DNA from: Patescibacteria group bacterium | Lineage (GTDB): Bacteria; Patescibacteriota; UBA1384; DATEAH01 | NCBI GenBank assembly: GCA_035288465.1 | Contig: DATEAH010000009.1 | Coordinates: 11,951-75,950, forward strand | Reading direction: 5' to 3' | DNA: 64,000 bases | Notes under the pieces: model-generated | What the model saw: only the letters and a program-made list of their open reading frames with translations | What the model was told of the DNA's origin: nothing | Databases searched by the model: none | Shown here: positions 9,481 through 18,868 of the stretch, in pieces | How the letters are laid out: every line of letters begins with the position of its first letter | Numbering within the stretch: the first letter of the stretch is position 1 | Translations under genes and position numbers: made by a program

Positions 9481-10686
9481 TTACAGGGTAACTCCTTCGG
9501 CGATGTTTAGACAACGCGGCAGCCCAAAGGGGAACATCGAACACTTATTACCTGAACAAGTATTGCGGGGGCAGTCCTTGGCGAGCACTTTATCGTTGAC
9601 GCCAACATACAGGGCATGGGACAACTCATCCATCGAAAGCATTGTAGATTTAATGTCATGTTTTTGAGAGCCATTCATCACTCCCCAGACAATGCCGTTT
9701 TTACCCCGAGGTGCGTACCACCAGGGACAGATGCCATTAAAATCATCAGGTGAAAGGTCGCAAATCCGGTAAGAATCCGTAATTCCTCGAGCCTTTAGCT
9801 CAAGCACCTTGATTATTCGCGCTGTATCAGCAAGATCTAAATATTCGTCTGATGGACCCAAATCATCCTGGGGACGATGCACCCATTGATTGAGGAGAAT
9901 CTGGGTATTGCCCGATGATTGACGCTGAATAATAATATTGTGCTGCCCACCAGCTTTGCTTCGGCTATAACCGGCAACACCGTCCACATCAGTTTCGATC
10001 ATTGCCACTGAAATACACATTCGTCCGATTATGAATGATTTACACTTCACTTTATCTTGATATTCTGCTGGGACAGTAGCATCATACCAACGTTTGTAAT
10101 CAACCATACCGTCAACAATTCGTCCAACCAGCGTTTTCTCGCCTGGATCGCCAAGCTTTTTTCTTAGGTGCCCCATGATTGAAGGTAAACTAAACATTTC
10201 CAGAAGTCGGACCCGATCTTGTATTTCTTGCGGAGCTCCCAAATCACGAAGATCCTGAGAAACCGTGAAAGGCCCTTCGGTGTCGTGCATGTCAACATAA
10301 TCAACAAGAGCTCGAAAATAAGGGTGAAATTCAACTCCACCCCGGCGCGCGACGAGACGGGTTGTCGAACAATCAACGTCACTGGTTCCATGGTGGTCAA
10401 TAACGTAAAGGTCTAATTCCGGATCGTGCAATTTCTCAAGGGTTAAATGTTGTCTCCCAAAATCAAGAGCAATCGCACCAGCTTGTTTCATCTGTGCTAA
10501 GGTCATTGGCAGTTTGCCATGAAATTCAACTTTAGCCTCGCGAATTCCGGGAAATGCATGCAAACACTCTTCCTGGCGAGCGATTGCCAAAGATGCGAGG
10601 GCATCAAGGTCGGTATTTTGATGTAAAAGGACAATCTTAATGGTCGGATATTCTCTAATAGTTCGTGTCGGTTCTGAGTTAGCCAC
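9481..10686 (-). CDS. Orphan DHH-like phosphoesterase with C-terminal Cys cluster
   Basis: HQNTDLDALAS, ALD and IDHH motifs; C-terminal CxxxxCxxxxC...C; GTG at 10686 after AAGAGGTGA (ORF track start extends into the promoter). Confidence 0.6.
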   Translation of the reverse strand: MANSEPTRTIREYPTIKIVLLHQNTDLDALASLAIARQEECLHAFPGIREAKVEFHGKLPMTLAQMKQAGAIALDFGRQHLTLEKLHDPELDLYVIDHHGTSDVDCSTTRLVARRGGVEFHPYFRALVDYVDMHDTEGPFTVSQDLRDLGAPQEIQDRVRLLEMFSLPSIMGHLRKKLGDPGEKTLVGRIVDGMVDYKRWYDATVPAEYQDKVKCKSFIIGRMCISVAMIETDVDGVAGYSRSKAGGQHNIIIQRQSSGNTQILLNQWVHRPQDDLGPSDEYLDLADTARIIKVLELKARGITDSYRICDLSPDDFNGICPWWYAPRGKNGIVWGVMNGSQKHDIKSTMLSMDELSHALYVGVNDKVLAKDCPRNTCSGNKCSMFPFGLPRCLNIAEGVTL

Positions 10687-10744
10687 TTGAGTCACCTCTT
10701 GGGGCGTGGTAGAGATTAAATTGTGTATGTGCTTCTGGTTCAAG

Positions 10745-10773
10745 ATTATATCAAATAAATTATAAAATGTCAA
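10745..10773 (-). promoter_or_regulatory. Consensus sigma70 promoter with extended -10
   Basis: TTGACA-N17-TATAAT with TGn. Confidence 0.8.
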
Positions 10774-10825
10774 GATTTTAGTACAAAAAAATCCAAAATT
10801 ATATTTTTTGGATTTAAAAACGATA

Positions 10826-10907
10826 AAGGCTGGCATAGGTGGATTCTGAAAGAGAGGATCAACAGAGCGAACTCTGTTGAAGATTCTTTCAGGCCTATGT
10901 CAGCCTT
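10826..10907 (-). terminator. ~80-nt nested hairpin ending the 10994-11959 cassette
   Basis: AAGGCTGGCATAGG/CCTATGTCAGCCTT, CTGAAAGA/TCTTTCAG, TCAACAGAG/CTCTGTTGA; T-rich tail on minus strand. Confidence 0.65.
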
Positions 10908-10993
10908 CTGGACATCAAGCTCTTGGGGAGCCTGATGTTAGTAGTTTAGGTTAGAACGGGGGTGTTGGTGGGTGGGGTGTGCCCCAGGTTGGG

Positions 10994-11959
10994 CTACCCC
11001 TCGCGGAGGAAGCTGTTGCGGGTGCGGGTGGGTTTGTTCTGCCGAGCGGCACGGCGAATCTCCTTGCCGTTCTCGGCGTTGCGCTTGGCATCGCGGCGGG
11101 AAGTGGGGCGGGAAGTGGAGGCCGGTGCGGCCTGAGTAGTGGTCTGTTCCAGGTAGGGACCCACATCGCCGTACTCGCGGTGATCAGCCTTGGCGATGAT
11201 CAGCCGAAGACCAGTACCGTTCATGCGGTCCTGTACCGCGGCCACGAGACCCTCCCCGCGCTCACGCGAACGCAGGTACATACCGGCGTTCTTGAGCGCC
11301 GTTGCGACCTCGTTCCATGTCTCCTGCCATTGCGCGCCCTGAGCGAAATACGAGTGGGCACGTTCAAGCTCGACGGGGAAGCCGTCGGCTTCGGCCTTGG
11401 AGATGAACTTCTCGACGGACTGTCTGGCGGCAGTCTCGTTGCCCTGGAAGACCTCGCTGGCAACGCCGAGAAGTTCGGCGAGGCACGTCTCGAACTCGTC
11501 GTGGCTCATCGCAGCGACGGTCTGTCCCTCCCACGCATAGGAGGGTTCGAACTCGCGAGACGGCAGCTCAGCCTGTGTGGCCGATGCCGTCGCTGCGTCC
11601 GTGTCGGCGCAGACGTCGTCTGCGGTCTCGGTCTGTGTCTCGGCCGCGGGCTCTGCAGACTCAGCGACGGGTGTCGCTTCAGCCGCAGGCGCGGTTTCGG
11701 GGGTGGGGGCCATCTCGGCCTCGGACCCACCCTCGTCGCTCGGTGCCGGAGGGATCTCCTCCTCTACAGGAGCAGGAGGGATCACCTCTTCGGCGGCAAT
11801 GAGCTTCGTTTCGCGAAGATCGAACCACGAAGCCCAACCGTCGTTGGCGGCGCGGAGCTTGGCGACGCCGTCGGTGTTCTCATCGCAGACCTGACAGAAC
11901 TCCGTCAGAGTCTGTGCCCCCTGAAGGGCAGTCGAAAGATCAGCGAGAGTCAAAGACAT
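10994..11959 (-). CDS. GC-rich orphan protein with acidic Ala/Glu/Pro linker and basic C-terminus
   Basis: GGAGGT RBS before ATG at 11959; strong G/C-ending codon bias on minus strand; own promoter and terminal hairpin. Confidence 0.75.
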   Translation of the reverse strand: MSLTLADLSTALQGAQTLTEFCQVCDENTDGVAKLRAANDGWASWFDLRETKLIAAEEVIPPAPVEEEIPPAPSDEGGSEAEMAPTPETAPAAEATPVAESAEPAAETQTETADDVCADTDAATASATQAELPSREFEPSYAWEGQTVAAMSHDEFETCLAELLGVASEVFQGNETAARQSVEKFISKAEADGFPVELERAHSYFAQGAQWQETWNEVATALKNAGMYLRSRERGEGLVAAVQDRMNGTGLRLIIAKADHREYGDVGPYLEQTTTQAAPASTSRPTSRRDAKRNAENGKEIRRAARQNKPTRTRNSFLREG

Positions 11960-12184
11960 TATTGAACCTCCAGTGGTGCTATATTCCCTCCGCTTAAGCG
12001 CGAGGGTTTGTAACCTTGGAGCATGATCACGTCGAGTATGTAAACGAGTTAGTACGACAAATCTAACTCGAGACTTTTCCAGACCTTGGATGTACAAGTT
12101 GCGATTAAGTCAAGTTGTGAAGGAACCGAGTTGATCTGGCAAACAGCGTGAAGCTGAAATAATACCATTACAACATATGCGTAT

Positions 12185-12213
12185 ATTATAGCAAATAATA
12201 ATTTATTTGTCAA
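12185..12213 (-). promoter_or_regulatory. Consensus sigma70 promoter with extended -10
   Basis: TTGACA-N17-TATAAT with TGn. Confidence 0.8.
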
Positions 12214-12265
12214 GAGTTATAGGAATAAAATCTCAGAAAATAATTTAGGCTCATAAAAAACGAAC

Positions 12266-12331
12266 AGGGTGGGCAGAAAATCTCGGGTTGATAGCTGAAA
12301 GCTATCAAGCTTTGAAATTCTACCCACCCTT
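12266..12331 (-). terminator. Long hairpin ending the collagen-like/DUF11-like operon
   Basis: AGGGTGGG/CCCACCCT outer stem, TTGATAGC/GCTATCAA inner stem; GTTCGTTTTTT tail on minus strand. Confidence 0.65.
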
Positions 12332-12365
12332 GGGTAAATTGTCAGATCCGACCGAAGTCGAATCA

Positions 12366-13028
12366 TTAGTCATCGGGTACGGGCGGAATCGGTTCAAGTG
12401 TTGGAGTTGACGGGGCTGGAGGTGCGGGGGTTGGTGGCGTTGGTGTAGTGTCGGCGGTGGGACCAACAGTCGCGCCAGCGGCGAACCGAGTCCGATTGGT
12501 GACCCGGGTGGTGTATCTGATGTACACAGAATTCCGGGCCGGGATCTCGGTGACCCCAAAGTCAGACAAGGAGGCATCCCCACCAAAGAGTCGAGCAAGT
12601 TGCTCGTCCGAAATGGGGATGTCTTCGCCGTCCCGGCCGATGTTAAGCAGACCGGAACCGGCCACCAAGGTCGCGTCACCATGTAGATTGTCGGTGCCGC
12701 GAACCTCATCCGCACGGGTCGGGGTATACCCGGAGTTCTGCCAATCGAGGCGCCACCGGAGATAGTCCCCGACACCGGACTCGACATTCTCCTGCCAGCC
12801 TGAGCCGGCGGGAGTCCGAGTCAAGTTCCGGACAAGCTTGAACGTCCGGAGCGGAGGCGGGAGGATCACCCTCGAAGCAGCTCGCGCTTCCCGAATGGGG
12901 ATTCCCAGGAACCAACCCCGCAAGATATTGGTAATCCTGCGACCGGACCAGAACAGAAGCCACAGGAGCCAGGCAACGACTCCTGCTGCGACGACGGACA
13001 ATACCGTTACGAGTGTGGTCATTACCAT
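12366..13028 (-). CDS. Membrane-anchored protein with DUF11-like beta-sandwich and Pro/Thr tail
   Basis: AGGAGG RBS, N-terminal TM helix, K.VRN...W...V...GD.L.W...W.N.G...V...D.L...LV.GS pattern. Confidence 0.6.
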   Translation of the reverse strand: MVMTTLVTVLSVVAAGVVAWLLWLLFWSGRRITNILRGWFLGIPIREARAASRVILPPPLRTFKLVRNLTRTPAGSGWQENVESGVGDYLRWRLDWQNSGYTPTRADEVRGTDNLHGDATLVAGSGLLNIGRDGEDIPISDEQLARLFGGDASLSDFGVTEIPARNSVYIRYTTRVTNRTRFAAGATVGPTADTTPTPPTPAPPAPSTPTLEPIPPVPDD

Positions 13029-13693
13029 AACCTCCTGAGGTATTCCCGGATGCCGATGTACGCGCAGCCCAAGATTACGAAAATCAGGGCTACGATGGCA
13101 ACGAGTAGCCAAGGGCTGTCTCCTTGCCCATCGGGTGCGGACGGACCAGTCATTGTCTTGGATGCGAGGACCTGACGGTCTCGTGCCTCGACAAACGACT
13201 TTGAGACGACGCCGGATTTGATAGCCCATTCCGCGATGGTCTCAATGACCACGTGGCGCGATAGGCCATCTTGTCCGGCTGGTCCGCGAGGTCCGCGCGA
13301 ACCGCGACGTCCCAGACCCGAAGGTCCAGGTACGCCATCTTTGCCAGCAGGACCAGGAGCACCGTTTTGGCCGTTTAGACCAGGCGCCCCGTCCTTAACG
13401 GCAGGCCCCGGGATTCCCTGCGGACCCGGAGGTCCGGCAAGTCCGCCAGTTGACACCACCACTGGGGGTGGTGTTGTGTCCGGTGAGACCGGAGGCGCTA
13501 GAGTTTCCGGAGTCGAATTGACCTCCGGTTGCTCCACTGGAATCTCCACTGGGATGGTCGGCTGGTTGGGCTGATCAGTGCGCCCAAGGACTTTTACGTC
13601 CCGGGCGTCACCTTCGGCCCTTGCAACTTGCAACGAGGCCACCGCTGCCAGGAGGCAAGCGGCGACCCAGAGAACGAACTTGTGACGGTTCAT
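13022..13693 (-). CDS. Collagen-like surface protein (signal peptide, Gly-X-Y tract, C-terminal TM)
   Basis: About 20 Gly-X-Y triplets with two interruptions; AGGAGGTGA RBS before ATG 13693; stop overlaps next start. Confidence 0.8.
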   Translation of the reverse strand: MNRHKFVLWVAACLLAAVASLQVARAEGDARDVKVLGRTDQPNQPTIPVEIPVEQPEVNSTPETLAPPVSPDTTPPPVVVSTGGLAGPPGPQGIPGPAVKDGAPGLNGQNGAPGPAGKDGVPGPSGLGRRGSRGPRGPAGQDGLSRHVVIETIAEWAIKSGVVSKSFVEARDRQVLASKTMTGPSAPDGQGDSPWLLVAIVALIFVILGCAYIGIREYLRRLW

Positions 13694-13859
13694 CGCCGTC
13701 ACCTCCTATCCGGCAGCGGTGACCTCTCTGGTGGTCATCGTGCCTAAAACCGTCCCAATACACCCACAAAGGGTTTAATCAGGATCGGTCGAGAGCTATG
13801 TTAAAGTGCCTGAGGCACTTGGAATCTGAGAAATCTGAGAGTAAGCCTCGAATTCCTAT

Positions 13860-13888
13860 ATTATATCAAAAAAAGCTCCCTCTGTCAA
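13860..13888 (-). promoter_or_regulatory. Consensus sigma70 promoter with extended -10
   Basis: TTGACA-N17-TATAAT with TGn. Confidence 0.8.
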
Positions 13889-13939
13889 GGGAATTAGCTT
13901 TATTTTACTAAATTTATTCTAGCGCACTATAAAATTTAA

Positions 13940-16780
13940 TTAGATCACAAAATTTATTAAACGGTTTGGGACCCAGATCGTTTTTTTTATTTTTTTATCA
14001 GCCAATAACGCCAAAATATTTTTAGATTTTTTCGCCAGTTCAATTATTTCTTTTTCCGAAATTCCATTGACCACTGTTAATTTATCTCGAACTTTGCCAT
14101 TAATTTGCACTACTACCAAAATATCTTTAAGTTTGACTAATTTCTCATTAAACTCAGGCCATTGTTCTTCGAAAATGGGATTTTTATGTCCTAATTTTTG
14201 CCATAACTCTTCAGCCAAATGCGGAAATATCGGTGCCATTAAAATCAGGATTTTTTCACCAGGCTTTTTTTCGTGATTAAAATATTCCATCATTGCCGAA
14301 ATTGCGGTATTTAATCGAAAATTTTCTAAATCTTCTGTCACTTTTTTAATCGCATGATGTAGCAGTGGTGTTTCATTTTGACCAAATTTTGTCCCCCAGA
14401 CTTTTTTCAAAAACCTAAAAATACCCAAGATGCCAGAATCCATCCATTCCGAATCCTCATCAGCCGGACCGATAAACATTTCATAGCCGCGTAAAGCATC
14501 GGTGCCATATTTTGCCACCAATTCATCTGGCGAAACAATATTGCCTTTGGATTTGGACATTTTTGCACCTTGATAATAAATCATGCCAATGTTAAATAAT
14601 TTGCGAAATGGTTCGCCATCTGGATCAAAATTAGTTAATTTGAAATCGTGTAAAAATTTACAAATAAATCTCGCGTATAATAAATGCATCGTGGCGTGTT
14701 CAATACCACCAATATATAAATCAACCGGCAACCAAAACTCGGTTTTTTCCTCATCAAAAGCTTTTTCAGAGTTTTTCGCATCCGCGTATCTTAAATAATA
14801 CCAAGATGAACAAACAAATGTATCTAAAGTATCGGTTTCTCGTACAGCTTCGCCGCCGCATTTTGGACATTTGGTTTCTAAAAATTCTTTATCGTGTTTT
14901 AATGGAGAACCGCCAGTCGGTTTAAATTCAATCTCTTTTGGCAACACCACTGGCAGCTCATTTTCAGGTACAGCCATCTCACCGCACTTATTGCAATATA
15001 TAATAGGTATAGGGGCACCCCAATAGCGCTGCCTCGAAACCAACCAGTCTCGTAAATGATAAGTGGTGGTTTTTTTAGCTTCGCCCTTTTTCGCCAACGA
15101 GCTTGTAATCTTAATTTTTGCTTCATTAGAATCCAAGCCATCAAATTCACCCGAATTTATCAAAATTCCCGTCTCCTCATAAGCCAAATTTTCATGATCA
15201 ATTCGGTCAAACCACAAATCTAATTCTGCACAAGTCATTCTGGCTGGAGTAATTTGCTCGCGAGATAACCATTCAATCTCGTGTTTTTCTTTTTCTTCCG
15301 CAGAAACTGGTACGCGCTCGTCATCAATCAATTCAAAATACAAAGCATTCGTCATCGCCTGCCGATTGACATTTTTGTGAGCGGCATAATATTCGGAAAA
15401 AACCAGACCGCCTAAAAATCGAGTGAATTTAACATTCACAAAACCGGTTTCTTCTTTAATTTCTCTTTTGGCTGCCCCTACTAAATCTTCGCCATCTTTT
15501 GCGCCGCCAACCACAAAAGCGATCCAGGGTTGTTTTTTCCAATTCAAACAGAGGTATTTTTTAGTTTTTGGATTGAAAACTATGGCATGGACTGAATTTC
15601 TTTTGGCAATTTCTTTTCCGTCTTTGGGTGGATTTTTAGAATCAATTCGATGGGGGATAATGACATCTTTTATCGGTAAATCGTATTTCTTAGCAAATTC
15701 AAAATCGCGCTGGTCATGAGCTGGCACACACATAATTGCACCTGTCGCATAATCTCGCAAAACATAATCCGCGACCCAAACCGGGATTTTCTCGCCATTT
15801 ACCGGATTAACCGCGTATGCACCCGTGAAAACGCCAGTTTTTTCACGAGTCGTAGAAGTTCTTGCTATTTCCGAATATTTTCCGGCCTTTTCCACGTATT
15901 CCGCCACCGTCTTTTTTTGTTTAGGAGTAGTAATTTTAGCCACCATTTCGTGTTCTGGGGCCAAAACTAAATAAGTGGCGCCAAATAAAGTGTCGGGTCT
16001 GGTGGTAAACACCTCAATAAAATGTTTCGAATTTAATATTTGAGATTTAGGATTTGTTTCGAATTTCGAATTTCGAATTTCGAATTTAATCGTTACTCCC
16101 TCAGAGCGTCCAATCCAATTTTTTTGCAAGATCTTAGTTCGTGCTGGCCAATCAATTTTTCCCAAATCCGCTAATAACCGATCGGCATATTTAGTAATCT
16201 TAAAAAACCATTGTTTTAAATCTTTTTTGACCACTTTTGAACCGCAACGTTCGCATTCACTTGCCACCACCTGTTCATTAGCCAAAACCGTGTGGCAAGA
16301 TGGACAAAAATTAACCAAGGCTTTTTTGCGATATGCCAAACCCTGTTTATATAATTGCAAAAATAACCACTGCGTCCAGCGATAATAATCAGGGCTTGAG
16401 GTATTAATTTCTCGTTCCCAATCATATAATGAACCAATTTGTGCCAATTGTTCTTTAAATTTAGAAATCGCAGTCTCAGTAAATTCCGCCGGATGAGAAT
16501 TTTTTTTAATCGCCGCATTTTCCGCCGGCAAGCCAAAAGCATCAAAGCCCATCGGATGCAAAATATTTTTACCTTTTAAAATTTGATAGCGCGTCCAAAT
16601 GTCAGACAAAACATAGCCTCGCCAATGCCCCACATGCAAACCTTCCCCAGATGGATAAGGGAACATATCCAAACAATAAAATTTGGGCTTTTTAGAAAAA
16701 TCCACGGCCTGATTTAAATTATTCTTGGCCCAAACTTTTTGCCACCTGGATTCAATTTTTTGAGGATTATAATCTGTCAT
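13940..16780 (-). CDS. leuS: Leucine--tRNA ligase with inserted NUDIX domain
   Basis: MFPYPSGEGLHVGH, GFDAFGLPAENAA, VFTTRPDT, SRQRYWGAPIP, KMSKS; internal Nudix box. Confidence 0.98.
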   Translation of the reverse strand: MTDYNPQKIESRWQKVWAKNNLNQAVDFSKKPKFYCLDMFPYPSGEGLHVGHWRGYVLSDIWTRYQILKGKNILHPMGFDAFGLPAENAAIKKNSHPAEFTETAISKFKEQLAQIGSLYDWEREINTSSPDYYRWTQWLFLQLYKQGLAYRKKALVNFCPSCHTVLANEQVVASECERCGSKVVKKDLKQWFFKITKYADRLLADLGKIDWPARTKILQKNWIGRSEGVTIKFEIRNSKFETNPKSQILNSKHFIEVFTTRPDTLFGATYLVLAPEHEMVAKITTPKQKKTVAEYVEKAGKYSEIARTSTTREKTGVFTGAYAVNPVNGEKIPVWVADYVLRDYATGAIMCVPAHDQRDFEFAKKYDLPIKDVIIPHRIDSKNPPKDGKEIAKRNSVHAIVFNPKTKKYLCLNWKKQPWIAFVVGGAKDGEDLVGAAKREIKEETGFVNVKFTRFLGGLVFSEYYAAHKNVNRQAMTNALYFELIDDERVPVSAEEKEKHEIEWLSREQITPARMTCAELDLWFDRIDHENLAYEETGILINSGEFDGLDSNEAKIKITSSLAKKGEAKKTTTYHLRDWLVSRQRYWGAPIPIIYCNKCGEMAVPENELPVVLPKEIEFKPTGGSPLKHDKEFLETKCPKCGGEAVRETDTLDTFVCSSWYYLRYADAKNSEKAFDEEKTEFWLPVDLYIGGIEHATMHLLYARFICKFLHDFKLTNFDPDGEPFRKLFNIGMIYYQGAKMSKSKGNIVSPDELVAKYGTDALRGYEMFIGPADEDSEWMDSGILGIFRFLKKVWGTKFGQNETPLLHHAIKKVTEDLENFRLNTAISAMMEYFNHEKKPGEKILILMAPIFPHLAEELWQKLGHKNPIFEEQWPEFNEKLVKLKDILVVVQINGKVRDKLTVVNGISEKEIIELAKKSKNILALLADKKIKKTIWVPNRLINFVI
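16023..16087. repeat. Family B half-element translated in frame inside leuS
   Basis: Minus strand (AAATTCG)x4 AAACAAATCCTAAATCTC...; encodes KFEIRNSKFETNPKSQILNSKH. Confidence 0.8.
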
Positions 16781-16869
16781 AAATTATTCCTTTTGAGTAA
16801 ATTTTATCAAAAAAAATCAAATTTCGCAATTAAAATTGGCAAAATTTCAATAAATTAAATTTTAGGAGG

Positions 16870-17301
16870 TTATGATTGAGTTTGGATTTTGCTCTTTTGC
16901 TTAAAGACCCAGAATTTACTCCAGATATAGTTCCAAATAAAAACCAATATTAGCGAAATAATTTTTGCATAATTGAACCATAAATGGGCATATTGAATAA
17001 AAACAAACATCGCCAATAAATTTAAACCAAAACCCGTGCCGCGGACAATAAAAAATTGAGTGTATTCAGTCGCTTTATTGCCTTTACTTTTGAAAGTCCA
17101 AATCCGATTCCAAATATAAGCATTCGTGGCCGCCACGATAAAGGAAATTGAGGTGGCAAGGTAAACATTCGTATGAAAAACTATCACCAATAGATTTAAA
17201 ACCGCAAAATCAATTACCAACGATGAAAGGGCAACTAAGGCAAATTTTAAAAATTCAAGCACATTTTTTTGAGTTTTTTGGGGTTGGCTATTTTCCGGCA
17301 T
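16870..17301 (-). CDS. GtrA family membrane protein
   Basis: FLKFALV...IDF...NAYIWNRIWTF...AKIIS...WNYIWSKFWVF. Confidence 0.92.
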   Translation of the reverse strand: MPENSQPQKTQKNVLEFLKFALVALSSLVIDFAVLNLLVIVFHTNVYLATSISFIVAATNAYIWNRIWTFKSKGNKATEYTQFFIVRGTGFGLNLLAMFVFIQYAHLWFNYAKIISLILVFIWNYIWSKFWVFKQKSKIQTQS

Positions 17302-17327
17302 TTACTCCTCCTTTAAAAAATTTAGTC

Positions 17328-17945
17328 CTATTTAATATTTTCGATTTTTATTGAATTAATTTTGTCGCCAACTGCGATATTTTTCACTACATCCATTCCG
17401 ACAGTAACTTGTCCGAATAAATTATATTGTTTTGGCAGGGTTGGTTGATCATCTAAACAAATAAAAAATTGCGAGCCGTTGGTGTCTGGACCAGAATTAG
17501 CCATCGCCACTGTGCCAGCTTTATAATCTCCTTGAACTTTCTCATCCTCAAATTGATATCCCGGGCCACCCGATCCGGTTCCCTCGGGATCTCCGCCCTG
17601 AATCACAAAACCAGGTACTACACGATGAAAAGTTAAACCATCATAGAACCCTTTTTCAGCTAAATATACAAAATTACTGACCGTTTTTGGCGCAGAATCT
17701 GCATATAATTCAAATTCAATTTTGCCCTTGCCAGTTTCTAAAACGGCTTTTTTGTTATTAATTTTATCTTCTGCTAAAATTCCAGGAAATTCTAATTTCA
17801 TCCCAGTCTCCTTTTTAATATTATTATCAGCGGTATTTGTGTCGGTGTTATTATTAGTATTTGATTTTGCGCCAGACCCTTTGAGTCCAAAATATGCAAA
17901 AACCGCAATAATCGCAATTAATATAATAATTCCAAAACTTTTCAT
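17328..17945 (-). CDS. Cyclophilin-type peptidyl-prolyl cis-trans isomerase, N-terminal membrane anchor
   Basis: APKTVSNF, FYDGLTFHRVVPGFVIQGGDP, AMANSGPDTNGSQFFI. Confidence 0.96.
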   Translation of the reverse strand: MKSFGIIILIAIIAVFAYFGLKGSGAKSNTNNNTDTNTADNNIKKETGMKLEFPGILAEDKINNKKAVLETGKGKIEFELYADSAPKTVSNFVYLAEKGFYDGLTFHRVVPGFVIQGGDPEGTGSGGPGYQFEDEKVQGDYKAGTVAMANSGPDTNGSQFFICLDDQPTLPKQYNLFGQVTVGMDVVKNIAVGDKINSIKIENIK

Positions 17946-18078
17946 GAATAATATATCCTTAGGTAAAAAATTATTTATAACACATGTGTTTCGAAAATAA
18001 ATCTATTTTATTATTGAAAACTTTAATATAATTGTCGGCTAGTTTTTTTTATTTTAAATTCTTCAGTTAAGTATTTTT

Positions 18079-18867
18079 TCATATCTTATTATTTAAACCC
18101 TTCATCTTTTTATCTATCTCATTATAAAGTTCTGAACCTACTTCCTCAAAAACTTTTAATAAATCTTCATAAGTATTTTTACCGCCAAGTAAATCCCAAA
18201 ATTCAACCCCAACCAAAACTTCTTCTTTCAAGTCAAAAAGTCCTTGCAATGTCCAACGCTCATATGGTTTTGGTTCGTAAGGATTATATGGAATAGCAAC
18301 GATTGTTTTAATTTTTGCTTTTGGGTTTTCACTACCGCGCATCGTAATCCAATCTAGCATTTGCTTTTTAATGCCGGTAAATTCGTTCATGTTTGGTTTT
18401 GCGCTTTTTAGTTCAAAATAATACTCTGTTTCGTCTTTCATTTCTATAAAAAGGTCAACGCGCTTTTTAAGTTTTTTTCCCATTTCGCCTTTGCCGGCTA
18501 CGGCCAATACTTCTTTCGTTTCTTTATCCTTATCAGGCGTTCGTGAAGCAAGACGTAATTCACGCATTATACTATCAATTTTCAAAACGGCTTCGCTACT
18601 GATATATCCTTCAAATCCTTTATATTGTCCTATTGCTTGTTTGGCTTTTGGCTCGGCGATTATTTTACCAACCTGCTCAAAAATTGATGTTCCAAGTATT
18701 GTGTTTACTGATTGAATAAAAGAGAATAACGCCATTCTATCTTTGCCGAGTAAACGAAAATGAAATGGCATTGAATTTGTCTCCGGATCATAAGTCGCCA
18801 ACTTTTGGCGGATTTTACTTACTAAATACTCCTTAATCTGTTTGCTTTGTTGAGTTGTGAGTGCCAT
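18079..18867 (-). CDS. Type II restriction endonuclease, TdeIII-like
   Basis: MPFHFRLLGKDRMALFSFIQSVNT.LG.SIFE N-terminus; PD-(D/E)xK-type VDL...FELKSAKPN; adjacent methyltransferase. Confidence 0.8.
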   Translation of the reverse strand: MALTTQQSKQIKEYLVSKIRQKLATYDPETNSMPFHFRLLGKDRMALFSFIQSVNTILGTSIFEQVGKIIAEPKAKQAIGQYKGFEGYISSEAVLKIDSIMRELRLASRTPDKDKETKEVLAVAGKGEMGKKLKKRVDLFIEMKDETEYYFELKSAKPNMNEFTGIKKQMLDWITMRGSENPKAKIKTIVAIPYNPYEPKPYERWTLQGLFDLKEEVLVGVEFWDLLGGKNTYEDLLKVFEEVGSELYNEIDKKMKGLNNKI

Positions 18868-18868
18868 A

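Noticed and set aside
10979-11965. 328-aa plus-strand ORF
   Set aside because: Antisense shadow of the GC-rich minus-strand gene, which has the RBS, promoter and terminal hairpin
9397-12331. Integron attC sites
   Set aside because: Hairpins lack paired RYYYAAC/GTTRRRY ends, carry U-tails like terminators, each cassette has its own promoter, and no integrase is present
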